A DNA stretch of 51,035 nucleotides from Prasinococcaceae sp. CCMP 1430 (Eukaryota; Plantae; Prasinodermophyta), in contig RQSC01000626.1 of the NCBI GenBank assembly GCA_013416795.1, positions 52,506 to 103,540 of the forward strand, written 5' to 3'. Of the stretch, positions 44,103-51,035 are shown piece by piece. The position numbers were made by a program, and so were the translations under genes. How positions within the stretch are numbered: position 1 is the stretch's first letter; every line of letters starts with the position of its first letter. The notes under the pieces were generated by a model that had not been told where the DNA came from, did not search any database, and saw nothing but the letters and a program-made list of their open reading frames with translations.

Positions 44103-46376
44103 CGGCCCCTTGTTCAGCCCCCGCGAGCGCGCGGCGACCACCTTGAAGGACAGTGCACGCACCTCTTCCTCGCCAATCCTTTCATCTCGCACGTTAAGGT
44201 GCGCGTAGTATGTGCCCTCGCACGGCACGCACAGCCGCACGGCGTACACGTCGGCTGCCTCGCGCTGCACGAGCGCGGCACCGGGCAACGGCGAATGCAG
44301 ATCGCCCGAGCTCACCATCGAGGCAGACAGCGAAACGCCAGGCTCGGGCGCGACCACACGCACGAGCAGGTCCGGGCTGTCGTGTTGTGCGTCCACCACG
44401 GCCGCAGCGCTGGTGAGCAGCTGCAGACCAGCCTCGAAGAACGCCGGGCTGCACTGCGGCAGCGACCAGAACTCATTCGCTGAGAGCATGCTGGTCGACT
44501 GTGCGGCGGCATCGCTTACGGCCTCTCCCCCAGGCCCGGGGCTCCCCAACACCGGGTAGTGGTCGTAGACGAAATCCGCTGCGCTGCGCACAAAGTGAAG
44601 CGCGGGACGACCGCTCTCCGCCGCGAGCGCACAGTCCACCATCTTCCAGTCATCCCCAGGTAAATGCAGGGCGTTCCATGCGGCATTAGGGACCTGTAGC
44701 GATGCACCTGGCAAGAAGGCAGGCCCTTTAAGGAAGCCCGTAAGCGAGCACACGTGGAGGTGTGCCACGCGTGCGAGCACTTCGAATGCCGCCGCATGCG
44801 TGCACGAGCGTCGTGCGGCGTCGGAGCCATCGGTGCCGGCCTCCAGCGATGAGAGCACTTGCGGAAAGACCGATTCAGAGTCAATGACGAAAAACGAGGG
44901 CAAGTCGGCGCCATTGACGACCACCCAGGCGTACAGCGCGTGCGCGCGCGCCTGCACGTCTTCGGCGCTCACGGGCGGTTTGGCACTCGTGCCTTTGCCA
45001 CACAATGAGTCTACCAGCTCGGCGATTCCCGTCACGTGTTCGATCGTCAACGAAGGCAGCCCAGTGCCTACCTTGTGCGGCTCGGCAACGCCCGCCGCAG
45101 CCCCGCTCGCGTTGAAGCATGCGCGTCGCCGGTTGAGACTGTCAATATCGGCTGGGGCGCTTGCAGTGCCCACCCTGTCACCGCCCGCGTGAGCACGGCT
45201 CTCAGGTCGCCCACCTGCGCCCGTGTCTACGCCTGATGTCATACCCTCGCGCGCGAGCTTGCTCGTCGCTAGCAGCGCGTTGAGCGTGTCGATCTCCCCA
45301 GGGCACGTCGATGGAAAGAAGGTGTCTCGGATGGTAGCCATCGCCGCTGCATCCGCGCCATGAAGATTGGCAGCATGCACCTTCTCCTTCGCGCTCACGT
45401 CCTCGGCGTCGAGCGAGGTAAGGCGCGGCAGGATGTGTAGAACGTGTAGGCGCATGTCGTGCGGCACTGTCGCCGAGAGTGAAGGGTTGTCGCGCACGTC
45501 GAGTACGTGGAGGAGCGGCAGCGCCCAGAGCGCGCGCAGGTCCTCAAGTGACGACAAAGAGTTGGCGCGCACGTCCAACGAGCCCAGGCGCTCGCACGCA
45601 GCCAGCGGTGCAATACGTGCAACCCGGTTGTTTGTGCATCGCACAGCGCACAGGGTGATCGCGCAGCCCACTAGTGGCGCGAGGTCGTCCACCGCGTTCG
45701 AGGCAAACGATACGCTGCGCAATGGAAGCGCCTCCAGGCCCTGTAAGGAAGTAATTGCGTTCTTGTCCACGCGCAGCTCTTCGAGTTGCGCCATAGCTGC
45801 GAGCGCGGCAAGCGACGTGAGCTTGTTTCCTGACAGGTCGAGTGTTCGCAAGTGGCGGTGTGCGGCGAGCCCGACGAGCCCCGCGTCACCGATGGCATTG
45901 TGCGATAGGTCCACGCCGGTCAGGTTGCGTGGGGGCGGCAACACGTCGCTCAGGGCCTCTGATAGCGAGTTGCCGCTCACGTCGAGGCGTGTGAGGTACG
46001 GCAGGGCGGCAAGCGCTGCAAGCGACGTGAGCCCATTCGAAGGCAGCGCGACGTCCTGCAGATGAGGGTACTGCGCGACGGCATCGATCACGCCTCCGAA
46101 TGCAGCTGCCTTTGCACGCACGCGCAGCGTCAAGAAAGCGTGCGACAGGCCGTTTGCGGTCACGCCCAAGTGTCCAAGTCCTTCACGCACGGCCTTCTCA
46201 GCAGCACTCAGTGCGCTTGACGGCTGCTCCGCCTCGGTCTCCACGACTGTTTCCGCAGGGGCGGCCTCCACAGGGGCGGTCGGCAGCGCGTCAGCAGGCG
46301 CGTCGGCAGCTGCTGGCGCCCCTTCAATTTCCAGCTCTGTCGCAGACGCGACCACTGGCGCGTCGGCGTCCTGCAT
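43638..46376 (-). CDS. LRGUK/FAP246-like protein: N-terminal LRRs and a degenerate transglutaminase-like (KY-type) domain
   Basis: ATG at 46376 (MQDADAP). Canonical LxxLxLxxNxL repeats with an LRR cap (LDVRDNP...LPRLTSLD...KEKVHAANL). Transglutaminase-like segment: ARAHALYAWV...GFLKG...AWNAL...WKMVD. Contains a poly-Q tract. Confidence 0.75.
44070..44099 (-). repeat. (CAG)10 trinucleotide repeat encoding poly-Gln
   Basis: An uninterrupted CTG run on the + strand inside the LRR-transglutaminase CDS. Confidence 0.9.
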
Positions 46377-47346
46377 CGCACCCTCCGCGGGGATGGCAGC
46401 CCCTCGCTCTGCTGCGCCACTGTGCGCCGCCCGCACGTGCAGCGGCAAGCGGTGGGACGTGCACGCGTGTGCCTCCTGCGCCAGGCCCCTCGCCTCTTCG
46501 CGGCGGCAGCCCGCGCGCGCGCGCGCCGCAGGGCACTGCGCCGCGCGCAGGGTGTGGCCCTGCGTGCGCGGCCGTGCGGACTCTGGCTGGGGAGGTCCCT
46601 CAGACACCCTCGCCCCCTCCCCTGGCGTCCGCGCACCCGCGACAGACGATCGCCGCGCACGCGTCCCCAAACCAGCGCGCTCCCGCCGCGCGTCCGCGAG
46701 CGCGCGCGTCCGCACGCGACGATCCGGGCGCAGACCCCCTGCGACGGATGGGCGCGGCCGCGCCGCCCTCCCGGCGCACGGCGCGGTCGTTTGATCGGGC
46801 GACGATGGGGCCTCGCCCCGCGCCACCCGGCCGGGATGGCGTCCCGGCCAGCGCACGGCTGCGCCGGCTGCGGCCGCCCGCCCCGCCCGCGCCCCCGCGC
46901 GTTCCCCGAACGACCGAGCCCGATTTGGAACGCGGCGGCGCCCCCAACATAAAGCGATGATACCATGAAAAAATCGACAAAAAGTTCGTGCGTTTTGATG
47001 GCGACCCGTTCCCCCGTCTGCGCTGGCGGAGGACGGACCCGGCCGACCGACCGAGGGTGGTGGTGGGGGGGAGAGGGGGGGCGAGGAGGGGAGCGCGCGC
47101 GCGCCGGCTGGTGGGTCCCGCGCGGGGCGAGCGGGCGCGGGCGCATGGAGATGAGCTGCGGACGGACGTCGAGGCGGTGCGGGCGGCGCGCTCCATCTGC
47201 GGCCAGGGTGAGGCCGCGCGCTGCTGCGGCGGTACGCTGCCCGGCCAGACTGCAGCCTGCAGCGCCGGTTCCGCTCGCATGGGCACAGAGCGCGCGCGGT
47301 AGCGGGCGCGCCCGTCGGGGGCACCCCCTGGGCGGAGCCAGCAGCG

Positions 47347-50300
47347 ATGGCGGAAGAGGGCGCGGTGGTGCCGGATGAGGGTGGGGAAGAGGTCGAGGAG
47401 ACCCCGCCGCCCGCGCCCAAGTACGCGCTCGAGCTCGCTGCCGCCGGCGCCGCCGGCGCTGCAGCATGGGCGTTCGGGGCGGAGCCCGCCGACGGGTACG
47501 TGCGCGCACTTTTTTTTTTTTTGGCTTGGTGAAGGCGAGCGCGCGCGCCTGGGGAGGGGCGGAGCGTACGCGGGCGCGTTGGGCGCCGCGGGGGGCTGCT
47601 GGGCGGGGCGGAGGCTCACGGTCGCACTTCGTGCTCCATTTTGAAGCGGGTCGAGAGTGCGCGCGCGCTGAAAGCGAGGAGGCTTGGCGCGGCGAGCCCC
47701 TTCCTGCACTCCGTCGCGCGCGCGTGCGAGCGCTGGTCCATTTTTTTTTCTTTCCCTCGAGTCCCCCCAGACACTCTCATGAGTGTGCGCAGCCTCGAAT
47801 GGGTGTGCAGTCGCGCGTTCGGCGACGTGCGCCTACACGCCCAATCCTGAACCCGAGAGGCGCTCGTCTGCGCGCTGACGTGAACGCTCGCTCTGATGGG
47901 TGCCGCCGCGCGACGCCATCGTGTGCTGCAGTGTGACGCTTGAGCTCGAACTGCGCTTCGCCGGTGAAAACGTCACAGTGCCTCCCACCGCCACCGATGG
48001 CGACGCGGAGGATGCCGACGCGGACGCCGCCAGTGCCAATGACACTGCGCTGAGCACGAGTGGCCTGCTGCAGCGCGAGGTGAGCCCCGGCCTGGCACAG
48101 GAGCTCGTAGACACGCCGCTGGTGGTCGCGCTCGTCGCTGTGAATGGCGATGCGCGTGATGACGTCGCGACTGGCAACGTTGACCTCGCTGCGCTTGCGG
48201 TAGGGGAAGTGTCCATTGAGGCTGCCGTCCAGCTCGCGCTTGTCGAGGACGTCGTTGAGGGGGTAGCGCTCCCTGAGGACGGTTGCGAAATTGGGGTGAA
48301 GGTGACTGTGCCAGGCACCGCGGCGAAGCTGTACGATGACGCAGACGTCTCTGATGCCAACGTTGTGACGCTCGCTGGCATTGCGGCGGCCCCGTTGCCT
48401 GCGGAGTGTGCCTCCGGGTTTAGCTTCGCGGTCGCCCTGGAGCTCCCGGGCGGAGACGCAGCGCCTGCTGTTAGGGCAGAGGGTTATGCCACTCCCGCAA
48501 TTGAGGAAGAGGGGGAGGCCACTGCGCTGAGCGCCACCTGGGGGGCACCGACGCGCATCGCGCTGTCCCCTGCAGCAGGCGCGGCGCTGCGCGAGGCCGC
48601 GTTGTCCGCGGCGACGATGCGTGCCGAGCTGGCGAGATACCCCGAACCGGCTGACTCTGGTTCGGACCCACTCTTTACGAAATATCTCGCCGCGGCAACG
48701 CTTCCCCTGGAGGAGCTGGGCGCACCTGGTGCCACCGAGGTGTCGGTCGAGGCCGACCTGTCGTTGCGCGCGCCACCTTCGTCGCCCGACGAGGAAGCAG
48801 CCGCGCCTCCCGCAATGCTAGCGGCGGCCGAGCAGGCCGGTGATCCCGTGGCCGCGTGCGCAAACGACGCGCCCCTTGACGAGGGGGTCACTTCCGGCCC
48901 CTGGGAGGCAGCAGGGGGGAAGCTATCGCTGACGCTGTCAGTCCTGAGGCCGCTGGTGGACGCGTGGGCCGAGCCCCCGGTGCCGACGATTGCTCTGGAA
49001 ACGCTCATTCCGGCGCGGCCTGCAGCGCCAAAGCTTCCGCCACCGGTCGCCGCGGAAGGGTTCATTGCTGAGGTGCGCGCGACGGCGCGAATGCTGGCGT
49101 CCGAGTATCGGTCGCTCCACAGCAAGGAGCTGCTGTCAGGTAGCGACGTCGGCGTGACGGGCGCACCGCTGCCGCCTGGCCTTGCGAGCGAGCGCCACCG
49201 CCACGCTGTCTTCGAGCTCAACCGTACCGGTCAGTTCGCCGCGCTCAAGGCGCGCCTGCGCCAAGCGGCCGTGCGCGTCGCGCGGGAGCGCTTTGAGGCC
49301 AAGGGCGTCGACGCACCATCCCCCGAGGAGATTGAGCTCATGCAACACAGCCTCCACGTCGAGCTGGTAGAACTCATGCGTAAGGCGATGGCAGATGAGG
49401 CCAAGCCCAAGCAGACCGACCCCGCCGAGCCCTCGGACATCGAGCTGGCGGCGCTGGCGGATGAGCGCGAGCGAGCGGGTGACACTGCGGGGGCTGACGA
49501 CATGCACGCGAAGCGCGTGGGCGGCGAGGAGGGCCCGCACTCGGGTGGTGCGTGGGCGGCGTACGGCACCTTCTACATGCGGCAGGGGCGCGCTGGTCGC
49601 GGGGAAGAGTGCCTCAAGGAGGCGGCGGCACGCCTGCAGGGCGAGGACGACGACGCCGCCCACACAGTGCTGTTGGCGCTCGCGGCTGTCGCGCTCGAAA
49701 CCGGCCGCGCGCCCGACGCGGAGGCGCTCGGGCATGCTGCCAAGGCTGCCGCCCCCAACAAGGCGTCGGCATGGCTATTGCTCGCGCTGATATACGAGCA
49801 GATGGCCATGGACAAAGCGGCGCTCGACTGCGCGTGGGAGGGGACGCGGCTGGAGAAGGCGACGGGCGGTACGCGCGGGTCGGCGTGGGCGGCGCTGAAC
49901 GCAGAGGTCGCCGCGTTGCGTCTGCCCACGCTGGCTGCCGCCGCAGCTGCCAAGGCGGCCCTGCCCGGCGCCGCAGCCGCTGAGGGCGTGTGCGCGCTGG
50001 CACGTGCGCGCGCTGCTGCAGCCAGCGGCTCCCCCGAGGGCGCCGCGGCCGCGCGCGAGCTCGCACTTGAGGCCATCGCCGACGGTGGACCAGACGTCGT
50101 GGGGCCTGCGCAGGCTCTTCTTGGCGAACAGGCGTCGGTGGCCGGGGACTACCAGGCTGCAGCGAGTGCGTTTGGTGCTGCTGTGGCGGCCGCCGGTGAC
50201 GCCACGCGGGAGAGTGCCGTGCTCCTGTGGAGGAAGGGGTCGGCACTGCTGAGGGCGCAGCAGGCGGGGGCCGCGGTGAAGCCCCTCCTCGAATCGGCGG

Positions 50301-50560
50301 CCTCCATGCCGTGTGCTACACACTGGCTCACGGCCGGCGAGGCGTACGTGGCGCTCGGCGACGCCGAGCGCGCGGAGCAGTGCTTGTCCGAGGCCAACAC
50401 GCTCGACCCTCTGAACGCGCGCGTGTGGGGTGCGCTTGCCGCGCTCTGCTTCCAGGGCGGCCACGCCGACGAGGGCGCGCGCGCGCTCGCCGAGGCGCGC
50501 TACACGGGGCTCGACAGGCTCGACGCCAAACTGCTGGAGGAGCTCGAGGGCCTCGCCTGA
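47347..50560 (+). CDS. CFAP70: Cilia- and flagella-associated protein 70 (TPR; central apparatus)
   Basis: Exons 47347-47495 and 47932-50560 (2778 nt). Central FELNRTGQFAALKARLRQAAVRVARERF segment and C-terminal TPRs (AERAEQCLSEANTLDPLNARVWGALA). TGTAA at 50572. Confidence 0.8.
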
Positions 50561-50972
50561 GCGAGAGCCCGTGTAAATGACACCCGAGGAGGCCCTCTGT
50601 CTGTGGACGCCGCGATGCCAGTTGGGGTTGGGTTTCAGGATAGATAGGGTTTGGATCTTTGCCAAACTGTGGCGCACGGCTCAACGGCTGCTCAACCAAC
50701 TCCTGCCTGCGGCGTGCGGCTTATCCACATTTCCACGGAGAGTGGCGTCACGCGCGCGACTCCGCGTATTTGGATATTGAAGGTCCAAAGAGTTTGGAAA
50801 ACACGGAGTAAAAAGAGTGCGTTGCGCTGGGGGCGGCGAGGCGCTGCGCGCGTGCGTGCGGGCACAACGGGGCGAGGGCGGGGAGTGGGCGGGGGGGAGG
50901 GGGTCGCGGCGAGCTGAAACGGAGATGAGGGTGTCAGCGCCACACGCGAGCGCGGAGGCATCCTGGCCATAC

Positions 50973-51035
50973 ATGCGCGCGGCGGCCGCAGCGGTTGCGT
51001 TCGCGCCCGTCGGGCGCGGCGGGGCGCGCCCCGGG
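50973..51035 (+). CDS. Possible 5' end of the next gene (transit-peptide-like), truncated by the window edge
   Basis: ATG followed by MRAAAAAVAFAPVGRGGARP, downstream of a promoter-like AT-richer patch at 50620-50820. Confidence 0.3.
   Translation, partial: MRAAAAAVAFAPVGRGGARPG

Noticed and set aside
46377-47420. A 348-codon N-terminal extension of the LRR ORF, as given in the track
   Set aside because: It is low-complexity GC-rich sequence spanning the divergent promoter and overlapping CFAP70 exon 1. Protein-like sequence starts at MQDADAP (46376).
47510-47750. Poly-T tracts (13 and 9 nt) in CFAP70 intron 1 as retroposon tails
   Set aside because: No target-site duplication or second copy of the flanking sequence was seen, and similar T-rich patches occur in other non-coding regions.
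1-51035. Hundreds of long overlapping or antisense ORFs in the six-frame track (e.g. 1334-2080, 10340-11692, 12610-14127, 46208-47509)
   Set aside because: Expected shadow ORFs in ~70% GC DNA. They are Arg/Ala/Pro-rich, have no recognisable motifs, and overlap well-supported genes.
1-51035. CRISPR arrays, rRNA or tRNA genes, transposase or reverse-transcriptase ORFs
   Set aside because: None recognised. There are no regularly spaced repeats and no TE catalytic motifs in the translations.

Overview
A gene-dense, very GC-rich (about 70% by eye) eukaryotic nuclear window, most likely from a prasinophyte-grade green alga. That assignment is an inference from short GT-AG introns with GTGCG/GTACG donors and CTGAC branch points, TGTAA poly(A) signals, plastid genes (FTR variable subunit) and flagellar genes. 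About 24 protein-coding genes can be modelled by hand: STPG2-like, a ubiquitin-like-domain protein, an EngB/YsxC GTPase, a possible mitoribosomal mS26, FTR-V, CAND1, a RING/coiled-coil protein, a small membrane protein, a PWI protein, a GLYR-like reductase, an HDAC-family protein, PPCS, Misato, PRIM1, a GlcNAc kinase-like protein, an SLC37-like MFS transporter, RPL30, a tri-domain glycosyltransferase, a saccharopine-dehydrogenase-like protein, an ACBP fragment joined at an N to an unrelated membrane protein, TTC12, an intronless bacterial-type MBL hydrolase, an LRGUK/FAP246-like LRR-transglutaminase protein and CFAP70. I recognised no tRNA, rRNA, CRISPR array or intact transposon. The best leads are (1) an in-frame TAG at codon 30 of an otherwise intact three-exon UBL gene and (2) two adjacent introns of about 170 nt that are homologous to each other (introner-like). 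Other leads are a bacterial-like MBL gene, a PWI protein with ULM-like motifs, a tri-modular glycosyltransferase, a recurring telo-box-like promoter motif and a 50-nt palindrome. The assembly contains three Ns and probably two 1-nt deletions, so sequencing error is a real alternative for the recoding-type leads. Homology calls come from recalled motifs, not from database searches.
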